Assembly (NCBI GenBank): GCA_030041045.1
Contig: JASHOQ010000115.1
Location: 5,702 to 69,701, forward strand
Length of the DNA stretch: 64,000 bases
Direction: 5' to 3'
From: Acidobacteriaceae bacterium
Lineage (GTDB): Bacteria > Acidobacteriota > Terriglobia > Terriglobales > Acidobacteriaceae
This document shows positions 55,724-64,000 of the stretch, one piece after another. The position numbers were made by a program, and so were the translations under genes. The notes under the pieces are model-generated. The model saw only the letters and a program-made list of their open reading frames with translations, was not told where the DNA came from and did no database searches. How positions within the stretch are numbered: position 1 is the first letter of the stretch; each line of letters starts with the position of its first letter.

Positions 55724-57907
55724 ATGAAAAATTCCCTTTCCGCAGCCTCCTGCCTCGTGTTCCTTTCGCTTGCCGCAGCCCGCGCGCAGCAGCCGCCGTA
55801 TCCCTTCAGCGATCCCACGCAGCCGGTGGAGAAGCGCATCGACAATCTGCTCTCGCTCATGACCGTTGACGAAAAGATTCACTGCCTGGGCACAGACACC
55901 GGCGTGCCGCGGCTGGGCGTACCCAACATCGGCAGCTCCGAAGGCATTCACGGCGTGGTGCAGCGCCAGAAGCGCGGCAACCGCGAGCCCATCACCACCA
56001 CGCAGTTTCCGCAGCCCAAGGGGATGGGCGAATCCTGGGATCCCGATCTGGTGCGCGCGGCCGGCGGCGTGGAGGGCTACGAGGCGCGCTTCATTTCGCA
56101 GACCGCGAAGTACGACCGCAAGATTCTCATGCTCTGGGGTCCGCAGTCGGATCTGGCGCGCGATCCGCGCTGGGGCCGCAGCGAGGAGGTGTACGGCGAA
56201 GACCCGTTCTTCAACGGGACTATGACCACTGCCTTTGCGCGCGGGCTCGAGGGCGACGATCCCAAATACTGGCAGGCTTCGCCGCTGCTCAAGCACTTCC
56301 TTGCCAACAGCAACGAGGATCATCGCGACAGCTCTTCTTCGAACTTCGACCAGCGCCTCTTCTGGGAGTACTACTCGGTTCCCTTCCGCATGGCTTTCCA
56401 GGAGGGCGGCGCGAAGGCGGTGATGGCTTCTTACAACGGGTGGAACGGCACGCCCATGGCCATCAATCCCATCCTCCAGAGCATTCTGCGCGATCAATGG
56501 GGCGTCGAAGTGTTCTCGAGCGATGGCGGCGCGGTGCACGAGCTGGTCGATCCGCGCCATCTCTTCCCCGACCAGAAGGCCGCGGTGGTCGCATGCCTGA
56601 AAAACGGCATCAACCAGTTCCTCGACCGCTATCTGGACGAGACCACGGCGGCGGTGAAGGACGGCGAAGTGAGCGAAGCGGAGATCGACGCGCTGCTGCG
56701 GCCCAAGTTCCGCATTGCCATCAAGCTCGGCCTGCTCGACCCGGCGGACATGGTGCGGTACACCAAGATCAAGGATTCGCCTGAGCCCTGGAACACCGGC
56801 CGCGATCGCGACATTTCGAAGAAGATGGCGCTCGAGTCCGTGGTTCTGCTCAAGAACGAAGGAAACCTGTTGCCGCTCGACAGGAACGCGATTCATTCCA
56901 TCGCCGTCATCGGGCCGCTCGCCGACCAAGTCCATTGGGACTGGTACGGAGGCACGCCGCCGTACACGGTGACGCCGCTCGCGGGCATCCAGGCCGCGGT
57001 GGGCGCGAACGTGAAAGTGAACTACGCCGAGAGCGAACTGGGCAACGCGGCCGTGCTCGCGGCCAAGAACTCCGACGTCGCCGTGGTGGTGATCGGCAAC
57101 GATCCCACCTGCGGGCCGGACATGGCGCACGACTGGTACCACACCATCGACGGCGGAGGGACGCTGGCCTGCACCGTGCCCAGCGACGGCCGCGAAGGAC
57201 GTGACCGCGAGAGCATTGACCTGGCCGAGGAGCAGCTGGTGAAGCAGGTCTACGCGGTGAATCAAAAAGTCATTGTGATTCTCGTTTCGAGCTTTCCTTT
57301 CGCCATCAACTGGAGCGAGGAGCACGCGCCCGCCATTCTGCACATGGCGCACAGCTCGCAGGACGAAGGCGCGGCACTGGCCGCGGTCCTCTTCGGCGAC
57401 TACGATCCCGGCGGCCATCTCGTCGAGACCTGGCCGAAATCCCTCGACCAGTTGCCGCCCATGATGGATTACAACATCCGCGACGGCAAGACCTACATGT
57501 ACTTCAAGGGCGAGCCGCTTTATCCTTTCGGTTTCGGCCTGAGCTACACCACGTTCAAGTTCGCCGACCTGCGCACCAGCGCGTCCACGCTCAAAAAAGA
57601 CGGCGCCGTCACTGTGAGCGTGGACGTGACCAACACCGGCAGCCGCGCGGGCGACGCTGTGGTCGAGATGTACGTGCACCACATGGGAACAAAGGTCGAG
57701 GAACCGAACGAGGCGCTCAAGGGTTTCAAGCGCGTGAGCCTCGCACCCGGCGAAACCAAGACTGTCGAGCTTCCGCTCAAGGCCTCGGCGCTGGGGTGGT
57801 GGGACGAGAAACTGCCCGGCTGGCGCGTGGAAGCGGAGCCGGTGCAGGTGAGGATCGGGGATTCGTCGGCGGACGTCCTCGCGAGCACGACCATCCGCGT
57901 ACAGTAA
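55724..57907 (+). CDS. GH3 beta-glucosidase/beta-xylosidase, secreted
   Basis: Start at ATG 55724 (signal MKNSLSAASCLVFLSLAAARAQ). GH3 motifs: GRSEEVYGEDP, VMASYNGWNG, SDGGAV, and a C-terminal Fn3-like domain. Confidence 0.9.
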   Translation: MKNSLSAASCLVFLSLAAARAQQPPYPFSDPTQPVEKRIDNLLSLMTVDEKIHCLGTDTGVPRLGVPNIGSSEGIHGVVQRQKRGNREPITTTQFPQPKGMGESWDPDLVRAAGGVEGYEARFISQTAKYDRKILMLWGPQSDLARDPRWGRSEEVYGEDPFFNGTMTTAFARGLEGDDPKYWQASPLLKHFLANSNEDHRDSSSSNFDQRLFWEYYSVPFRMAFQEGGAKAVMASYNGWNGTPMAINPILQSILRDQWGVEVFSSDGGAVHELVDPRHLFPDQKAAVVACLKNGINQFLDRYLDETTAAVKDGEVSEAEIDALLRPKFRIAIKLGLLDPADMVRYTKIKDSPEPWNTGRDRDISKKMALESVVLLKNEGNLLPLDRNAIHSIAVIGPLADQVHWDWYGGTPPYTVTPLAGIQAAVGANVKVNYAESELGNAAVLAAKNSDVAVVVIGNDPTCGPDMAHDWYHTIDGGGTLACTVPSDGREGRDRESIDLAEEQLVKQVYAVNQKVIVILVSSFPFAINWSEEHAPAILHMAHSSQDEGAALAAVLFGDYDPGGHLVETWPKSLDQLPPMMDYNIRDGKTYMYFKGEPLYPFGFGLSYTTFKFADLRTSASTLKKDGAVTVSVDVTNTGSRAGDAVVEMYVHHMGTKVEEPNEALKGFKRVSLAPGETKTVELPLKASALGWWDEKLPGWRVEAEPVQVRIGDSSADVLASTTIRVQ

Positions 57908-57912
57908 ATTGA

Positions 57913-59526
57913 ATGGGATCTCCGACCGCAGCCGTGCTGGGTGAAGTCGGCCTGCCGGCGCCGGTGCGCGAACTGGCTGCGAAGCGCTGGGACGCGATCG
58001 TCGTGGGCGCGGGCCACAACGGCCTCGCCTGCGCCGCGTATCTGGCGCGCGCGGGCAAGCGCGTGCTGGTGCTCGAGAGCCGCAGGCGCGTGGGCGGCGC
58101 GTGCACGCTGGAAGAGCCGTTCCCCGGCGTCAAGATGTCGCCCTGCGCCTATCTTGCCGGCCTGCTGCATCCGCTGGTCGTGGAAGAGCTCGAGCTCCCG
58201 AGGCGCGGTTTCCATTGGACACCGGCGGTGAATGGGATGTTTGTTCCCTTTCTCGACGGCACCAGCGTGCAGCTCTGGGATGACGCCGAACGCTGCGCTG
58301 CGGAGATTCGCGCCCTATCTCCGCGCGACGTCGACGGCTGGCGCGCCATGAGCGACGTGATCCGCCGCCTGCGCGATGCGATTCGACCGGCAGGCGAACG
58401 CGATCTCCCCCGCGATTTATGGATCGGCGAAGCGCCCACGCGCGACCAGCTCGAAGAACGCATCGGCGGCGACGACGAGGCGCGGGCGCTGCTCTTCGAG
58501 TGGTCGATGGCCGAGTTCGTCGCGCGCTACCTGAGCGACGAGCGCCTGCAGATCGCGTATCTCGGCCAGGGCGTGATCGGCACCAACGCCAGTCCGTTCG
58601 ACGCGGGCACGGCCTCGATCCGTTTCCATCATGCTTCGGGGCGCCTGGGCGGCATGCCCGACATGTGGGGCTACGTGCGCGGCGGCATGGGCATGGTGAG
58701 TTTTTATTTCTGCGATGCCGCGCGCGAGGCCGGCGCTGTGGTGGCTTGCGGGGTTCCGGTCGCGCGGATTCAGCCGGGCGAAGGCCCGCATCCCGCGGAA
58801 GTGCAACTCGAAGGCGGCGAGCGCATCGCAGCGCGTGTCGTGGTTTCCAATGCCGACCCTCGGCGAACGCTCATGATGCTCGGCGACGCAGCGGACACCG
58901 GCTGGCGCGAAAAAGTCGAGCGCGTGCCCATCGAGGGCTGCACGCTAAAGCTCAACGTGCATCTGCGCGCGCTGCCCAATTTCACCGCGCGGCCCGGCGC
59001 GAATGAGCCGCACCACTACGGGCAGATCAACACGCCGCTGACCAAAGAAGAATGGAATGCCGGCTACGCCGCCGCGCGCCGCGGCGAACTGCCCGATCAC
59101 CTCTGGTGCGAGCTCTATTTCCAAAGTGTCCACGACGCGAGCGTGGCGCCCGCGGGCACGCACGCCATGAGCGTCTTTGCGCAGTACGTGCCATACAAGT
59201 TTGCGCGGGGCACGTGGGACGCGCGGCGCGAAGAGGTTCGCGCACTGGCGTTGAAGTCCCTGGCGCGCTTCTGCTCCAACATTCCCGATGCCGTGATCGA
59301 CTGCCAGGTGCTTGGGCCCCCGGATATCGAAGAGAAAGTGGGCCTCAGCGGCGGGCACATCTTCCAGGGCGAGTGCCTGCCGCCCTATATGTGGGCCAAC
59401 CGGCTCGCGCCGCGCACGCCCATGCCGGGCATCTATCTCTGCGGCGCGTGCACCCATCCCGGCGGCAGCGTGATCGGCATCAATGGACGCAACGCGGCGA
59501 TGGCGGTGCTGAAAGACAGCCTTTAG
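57913..59526 (+). CDS. phytoene-desaturase-family NAD(P)/FAD-dependent oxidoreductase (CrtI-like)
   Basis: WDAIVVGAGHNGLACAAYLARAGKRVLVLESRRRVGG dinucleotide fold. C-terminal GIYLCGACTHPGGSV. Confidence 0.85.
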   Translation: MGSPTAAVLGEVGLPAPVRELAAKRWDAIVVGAGHNGLACAAYLARAGKRVLVLESRRRVGGACTLEEPFPGVKMSPCAYLAGLLHPLVVEELELPRRGFHWTPAVNGMFVPFLDGTSVQLWDDAERCAAEIRALSPRDVDGWRAMSDVIRRLRDAIRPAGERDLPRDLWIGEAPTRDQLEERIGGDDEARALLFEWSMAEFVARYLSDERLQIAYLGQGVIGTNASPFDAGTASIRFHHASGRLGGMPDMWGYVRGGMGMVSFYFCDAAREAGAVVACGVPVARIQPGEGPHPAEVQLEGGERIAARVVVSNADPRRTLMMLGDAADTGWREKVERVPIEGCTLKLNVHLRALPNFTARPGANEPHHYGQINTPLTKEEWNAGYAAARRGELPDHLWCELYFQSVHDASVAPAGTHAMSVFAQYVPYKFARGTWDARREEVRALALKSLARFCSNIPDAVIDCQVLGPPDIEEKVGLSGGHIFQGECLPPYMWANRLAPRTPMPGIYLCGACTHPGGSVIGINGRNAAMAVLKDSL

Positions 59527-59572
59527 CTTCTAGCTTGTAGCTGTCGGCTCTCAGCTATCAGCTGTTTGTCGG
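59524..59572. repeat. heptamer array variant (TAGCTTC type, 7 units) starting in the stop codon
   Basis: TAGCTTC TAGCTTG TAGCTGT CGGCTCT CAGCTAT CAGCTGT TTGTCGG. The TAG stop 59524-59526 forms the first 3 nt of unit 1. The same CAGCTTC TAGCTGT units occur at 44765-44778. Confidence 0.75.
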
Positions 59573-59761
59573 CTGGTTGAAAGGGGCGCATTCCCAGGTC
59601 CCCAGGCCGGTACCCTTCGAATTTGCTCAGAGCACGCCCCGGAAAACGCAACCGCCCGTGTATCCCTGCGTAGTTTTTTCGCAGTTGCGTGCCATATCAC
59701 GCTGGTGTACCTTGATGCATAACTCCGGGGCCCCGCAATGTTGCGGAGAGGAGAGAGCCCG

Positions 59762-60220
59762 ATGAAGACTCCAGGTTCCCCTTCCATCAAACAAACAATC
59801 GAGACGGTGACCGATCTATCAGGAGTGGTTTCCGGTGCAGGGAGATTCGGGAACACAGAACTAACAGGAATCAACCAGTCGTTAGAAACACCCACGACAA
59901 AGCAAGACTTTTACTTCACGCTCACGCGAAATTCGGACTTTCTGTCTCCGCAATTTTCTGCGTTGGCGTCTGCTCGCCAGGGTCAATCCTTCGCGGCAGT
60001 GACGATTCATACGATCTCCGGTCATGTTGTGACGTTGTCGTGGGCCAATGTGTACTCGGTCACTCGAGCGGACTCGGGAAAGCAGGAAATCTCGTGGTTG
60101 GCCACCGCAATTGCCGTGGACGGCAGCTCGTCCTGGCCGATTCTGACCAACTGGAAGAGTCTGAATTCCCCACAGAGCTCCCAGCCTCGCCTGATCCAGA
60201 ATTCATTGCTCAGACGGTAG
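59762..60220 (+). CDS. hypothetical protein with weak Hcp (T6SS tube)-like pattern
   Basis: GGAGAGGAGAG RBS-like tract before ATG 59762. QDFYFTLTRNSDFLSPQFSALASARQGQSFAAVTIHT...VTLSWANVYSV resembles the Hcp core (DxxFxK..D.SSP.L......G.....V.I......L.L.NV.I). Confidence 0.5.
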   Translation: MKTPGSPSIKQTIETVTDLSGVVSGAGRFGNTELTGINQSLETPTTKQDFYFTLTRNSDFLSPQFSALASARQGQSFAAVTIHTISGHVVTLSWANVYSVTRADSGKQEISWLATAIAVDGSSSWPILTNWKSLNSPQSSQPRLIQNSLLRR

Positions 60221-60305
60221 CAAGATTCACCCTCCCGCCGGAGGGAACCCGAGTTGGAGAGCCCGGCTTCCCCGGCTGGGGCGGCTCTGCTATGCTCGCG
60301 CCTAA

Positions 60306-61739
60306 ATGTCTTCCCCGGCAACCCTCAAGCGCAGCCTCGGGTTTCGCGATCTGGCGCTGTTTTATATCGTCAGCGGCTTGAGCATCCGCTGGATCGCCAC
60401 CGCGGCCGCAGCCGGGCCGAGCGTTCTCCTCATCTGGCTGGCGGCGCTCATTGGCTTTTTCCTGCCCCTGGCCGCAACCGTCATGGAGCTCTCCTCGCGC
60501 TATCCGCAGGAAGGCGGTATGTACATTTGGGCGGAGCAGGCCTTCGGCGAGTTTGCCGGCTTCATCACCGCGTGGACCTACTGGATGAGCAACCTGCCGT
60601 ATTTCTCGGCGGTGCTCTACTTCGCCGCGGCATCCACGCTGTTCGCCTTCGGCAAGAACGCGCAGAGCCTCGCCGCAAGCACCGGCTACTTCATGCTTTT
60701 CTCCGCCGGATGGCTGGCGATCATCACGCTGCTCAATATCATGGGCGTAGACGCGGGCAAGTGGCTCAATAACGTCAGTTCGCTCGGCAGTATTCTGCCG
60801 CTCATCGTGGTGATCGGCCTGGGTGCGATGGCCTACGCGCGCTTCGGATCGGCGGTGCATCTTTCCGCCGCCGCCATGACTCCGCACTGGTCGATGAAGA
60901 ACGCCATCTTCTGGTCGGGAGTCTTCTTCGCCTTCGCGGGGCTCGAGTCCGGTTCGGCGATGGGCGACGAGATTCGCAACCCGCGCCGGACCATTCCCTG
61001 GGCGATCCTCGCCGGCGGCAGCGTAATGGCGATCGGCTACGTTGCCGGAACCGCGGCCTTGCTGGTAGCCGTGCCGGCCAGCGCCATGAGCGGGCCGGAA
61101 GGTTTGTTGAACGGGGTGCGGACGCTGAGCGCGCATCTCGGCCTCGCGAGTCTGCTTGCGCCCATGGCGCTGCTGGTAAGCCTGAACGGCGTGGGCAGTG
61201 CGGCGGCTTTTCTTTCGTCCACCTCGCGCCTGCCGTTTGTGGCCGGCATCCACAATTACCTGCCGCCGGTCTTCGGCCGGATTCATCCGCGCTTCCGAAC
61301 GCCGTGGGTTGCCATCGGCGTGTACGGGGCCGCGGGCATCGGGATGGCGCTGCTGGGCCAGGCGGGAACCAATGTCCGCGGCGCCTATGACGTGCTGGTG
61401 GGCATGGCCGGGCTGACCACGTTCCTTCCTTATTTTTTTGTCTTCAGCGCGCTGATCCGGGTGCAGAATCGGCCCATGGAGGCGGGCGCTCTGCGCATCC
61501 CCGGCGGCCGGCCGGCGGCGATTGCGCTGGCGGCGATGGGCCTGGCAAGCACAGTGGCCACGGTGGTGCTCTCCACCATCCCCGCCGGAGACGATCCGCA
61601 TCCGGTGCTGGCGGTGGTGAAGATTCTCGGGTTAACGGCGGTGCTCGTGGGCGCTGGCGTGGCTGTGTTTGTGGCCGCGCGCGTTGTCAGGCGCGGGCAG
61701 AAACAAGCCAATCCGGTGCGGCGCTCTGTCCCGCAATGA
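60306..61739 (+). CDS. APC-superfamily amino acid/polyamine permease
   Basis: Twelve TM helices. N-terminal LKRSLGFRDLALFYIVSGLSIRW and SGLESGSAMGDEIRNP motifs. Confidence 0.9.
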   Translation: MSSPATLKRSLGFRDLALFYIVSGLSIRWIATAAAAGPSVLLIWLAALIGFFLPLAATVMELSSRYPQEGGMYIWAEQAFGEFAGFITAWTYWMSNLPYFSAVLYFAAASTLFAFGKNAQSLAASTGYFMLFSAGWLAIITLLNIMGVDAGKWLNNVSSLGSILPLIVVIGLGAMAYARFGSAVHLSAAAMTPHWSMKNAIFWSGVFFAFAGLESGSAMGDEIRNPRRTIPWAILAGGSVMAIGYVAGTAALLVAVPASAMSGPEGLLNGVRTLSAHLGLASLLAPMALLVSLNGVGSAAAFLSSTSRLPFVAGIHNYLPPVFGRIHPRFRTPWVAIGVYGAAGIGMALLGQAGTNVRGAYDVLVGMAGLTTFLPYFFVFSALIRVQNRPMEAGALRIPGGRPAAIALAAMGLASTVATVVLSTIPAGDDPHPVLAVVKILGLTAVLVGAGVAVFVAARVVRRGQKQANPVRRSVPQ

Positions 61740-62303
61740 GGCCGCTGCGGCAAAACCCGGGGCGGCCGCGCCGACTTGAGGTTACAGATTCGGTACACGG
61801 CATCCCTGGTTTTGATTCAGCCCGTAAACTGCGCATGCGCCGCGCAGCAAGCGGACCGGCAGATGAATTCAAGCGCAGCCTGAAGTGAATTGCCCCAAAT
61901 AGCTGATTTGGCACGTCTTTGGTCGACACTGTTCGGTGGCGCATCGCGTCCGCCGCGGCCCCCTCCGGTTTTCACCCAAACTTGCCGCCGAAAGGCCGAT
62001 TTTGCAACTATTGAATTGGCTTGAGCGTCAATGAAACTACGTGCGCGTCCACTCTATCGGTCCTGAGTGAAGGATATAGCTGCCCAGGAATCGTGGTAGA
62101 CGCCGCGGCTCGCGATGGGAGTGTGGGTTTTCGCTTGAGTCGAGTTGCGCCTGAGTCCCGGACATGGTGGCCGCGGAGTTCATCCGGGCGCGTTTACCGC
62201 ATGGCGATCGAGCTTTCGGACCGCATCCGCCCGCTCTGATTTCAAAGATGAAAAAAGGCTTCAACCAAACTGAGGTCCACGACTGGACACAGAAGAGAAG
62301 AAT

Positions 62304-63563
62304 ATGGACCAATCTTCGCTCTCGTATGAGTCGCCTTCGTTCGATATCCATCGAAGCAAGAAAAGACGCCGCCACTGGTGGGTGTGGGCGGTCATCCTGC
62401 TCGCATTCGGCGGCCTGTTTTATTGGGTAATCCATCAGCATGTGCAGAGCCAGCAGGCTATGGCGGGCGGTGGCCGCGGAGGCCGCCGCAACGCCGTGAC
62501 CGGACCGGTGCCCGTCACTTACGCCACGGCCACAAAGGGCAGCCTGGGCATTTACCTTGACGCCATCGGCACCGTGACACCTGTCTATACCGACATGATC
62601 ACGCCCGAGGTCACCGGCCTGGTGACCGCGGTCCATTTCCGCGAAGGCCAGTACGTGAAGAAAGGCGATCCGCTGATCGACATCGATCCGCGCCCCTACG
62701 AGGCGCAGCTCGAGGAGGCGCAGGGAGCGCTGGAGCGCGACCAGAACCTTCTGGCTGAGGCGCAGATGGACCTGAAGCGCTACCAGGACGCGTGGGCCAA
62801 GAACGCCATCCCCCGCCAGACCCTCGAAGACCAGGAAAAACTGGCGCTGCAGGATCAGGGCACAGTCACCAACGACGAGGGCACGGTGCAGTACGACCAG
62901 GTGCAGGTGGGCTTTTGCCACATCGCTTCGCCCATCGACGGCCGCGTGGGCCTGCGCGTCGTCGATCCCGGCAACGTGGTCACGGCCAACTCCACCACGG
63001 CTCTGGCCGTGGTGGCGCAAACTACGCCCATCACCGTGATCTTTACCGTGCCTGAAGACAGCCTGCCTGAGGTGCTCGAGCAGATGCACGGCGGCAAGGC
63101 GCTCACCGTGGACGCGTATGACCGCAACCAGCAGACCCAGCTCGACACCGGCAAACTGCTGGCTGTCGACAGCCTGATTGACACCACCACCGGCACGGTG
63201 AAGCTGCGCGCGCAGTTCGCCAACGCGAAGGGCATGCTCTTTCCCAACCAGTTCGTCAACACGCGCCTGCTGGTGAAAACCATCGACAACCTCACTCTGG
63301 TTCCTTCTTCCGCCATCCAGCACAACGGCAGCACCGACTTTGTTTACGTCATCCAGAATCCCAACGTCAAAGGCAAAGCGGTTGCGGTTATGACCAACGT
63401 GAAGTCGGGAATCTCCGATAAAGGCGACACTGCGGTCACGGGCATCGACCCCGGCATGGTGGTGGCCAACAGCAGTTTCCAGAAGCTGGTGGACAAGTCT
63501 CCCGTCCTCCATTCGAACGTGGCGCTGCCCTCGAGCGATAACACCGAGGATGAAGCTCCATGA
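62304..63563 (+). CDS. RND efflux periplasmic adaptor (MdtA/AcrA-type MFP)
   Basis: TM anchor, lipoyl and hairpin regions: [58 protein letters not shown]. Confidence 0.9.
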   Translation: MDQSSLSYESPSFDIHRSKKRRRHWWVWAVILLAFGGLFYWVIHQHVQSQQAMAGGGRGGRRNAVTGPVPVTYATATKGSLGIYLDAIGTVTPVYTDMITPEVTGLVTAVHFREGQYVKKGDPLIDIDPRPYEAQLEEAQGALERDQNLLAEAQMDLKRYQDAWAKNAIPRQTLEDQEKLALQDQGTVTNDEGTVQYDQVQVGFCHIASPIDGRVGLRVVDPGNVVTANSTTALAVVAQTTPITVIFTVPEDSLPEVLEQMHGGKALTVDAYDRNQQTQLDTGKLLAVDSLIDTTTGTVKLRAQFANAKGMLFPNQFVNTRLLVKTIDNLTLVPSSAIQHNGSTDFVYVIQNPNVKGKAVAVMTNVKSGISDKGDTAVTGIDPGMVVANSSFQKLVDKSPVLHSNVALPSSDNTEDEAP

Positions 63564-64000
63564 GTCCGTCGCGCCCCTTCATTCTGCGGCCGGTGGCCAC
63601 GTCGCTGCTCATGGCCGCCATCCTGCTGGTGGGCATCGTCGCCTACACGCAGTTGCCGGTCTCGGCGCTGCCTGAAGTCGATTACCCCACCATCCAGGTG
63701 CTTACGTTTTATCCCGGCGCCAGCCCCGACGTGACCGCCACCACCATTACCGCGCCGCTTGAGCGGCAGTTCGGCGAGATGCAGGGCCTGAGCCAGATGA
63801 CCTCGACCAGCGCCGGCGGCGTTTCCGTCATCGTGCTGCAGTTCGATCTCTCGCTCGGGCTCGACGTGGCCGAGGAGGAAGTGCAGTCGGCCATCAACGC
63901 GGGGCAGACCTTCTTGCCCTCCGACCTGCCTGAGCCGCCCATCTACAGCAAGACCAATCCCGCCGACGCGCCCGTGCTTACGCTCGCCATCACTTCCGAC
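63560..64000 (+). CDS. RND efflux permease (MdtB/AcrB family), 5' part; continues beyond the window
   Basis: Own translation from ATG 63560 (ATGA overlap with the adaptor stop): [58 protein letters not shown]... Confidence 0.9.
   Translation, partial: MSPSRPFILRPVATSLLMAAILLVGIVAYTQLPVSALPEVDYPTIQVLTFYPGASPDVTATTITAPLERQFGEMQGLSQMTSTSAGGVSVIVLQFDLSLGLDVAEEEVQSAINAGQTFLPSDLPEPPIYSKTNPADAPVLTLAITSD

Noticed and set aside
62073-62082. 10-nt match GGATATAGCT to the reverse complement of 26029-26038
   Set aside because: Thousands of 10-mer matches are expected by chance in a 64-kb window, and the flanks do not align.

Overview
High-G+C bacterial chromosomal segment. By eye it is roughly two-thirds G+C; I did not compute it. 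The gene content suggests Acidobacteriota (inference): a CarboxypepD_reg-type TonB-dependent receptor, many TPR proteins, a CRTAC1/ASPIC protein, multihaem cytochromes and GH13/GH3 enzymes. I support about 57 protein-coding genes plus one hicA pseudogene, one tRNA-Val(UAC), no rRNA and no CRISPR array. Recognisable core genes are uvrB, ychF, ccmF/ccmH, a ClC channel, a ZIP transporter, a bshA-like GT4, an RND efflux pair, an APC permease, and TetR and MarR regulators. Most long ORFs in the track that lie antisense to these genes are high-GC shadow ORFs. Several track ORFs are over-extended at the 5' end, and I give corrected starts. The main findings are as follows. (1) A 3.25-kb IS1-family cargo transposon (45648-48896) has perfect 20-bp terminal inverted repeats and an 8-bp target-site duplication. 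It carries a ClpP-like peptidase, an ORC/Cdc6-like AAA+ ATPase and a small basic protein, which together form a candidate uncharacterised mobile module. (2) A family of heptanucleotide tandem arrays (YAGGGRN and its complement) sits at six intergenic loci. The arrays usually form inverted arms directly after stop codons and share a conserved 19-22-nt edge sequence, so both hairpins and G-quadruplexes are possible. (3) Two signalling genes are degenerate. A histidine kinase has its H-box His replaced by Arg and is followed by a separately encoded KdpD N-terminal/USP module. A receiver domain lacks the phospho-acceptor Asp and sits next to a MEDS protein. (4) A toxin-antitoxin-rich islet (30.4-34.3 kb) contains a frameshifted hicA. 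All functional calls come from motif recognition by eye. No database search was possible.
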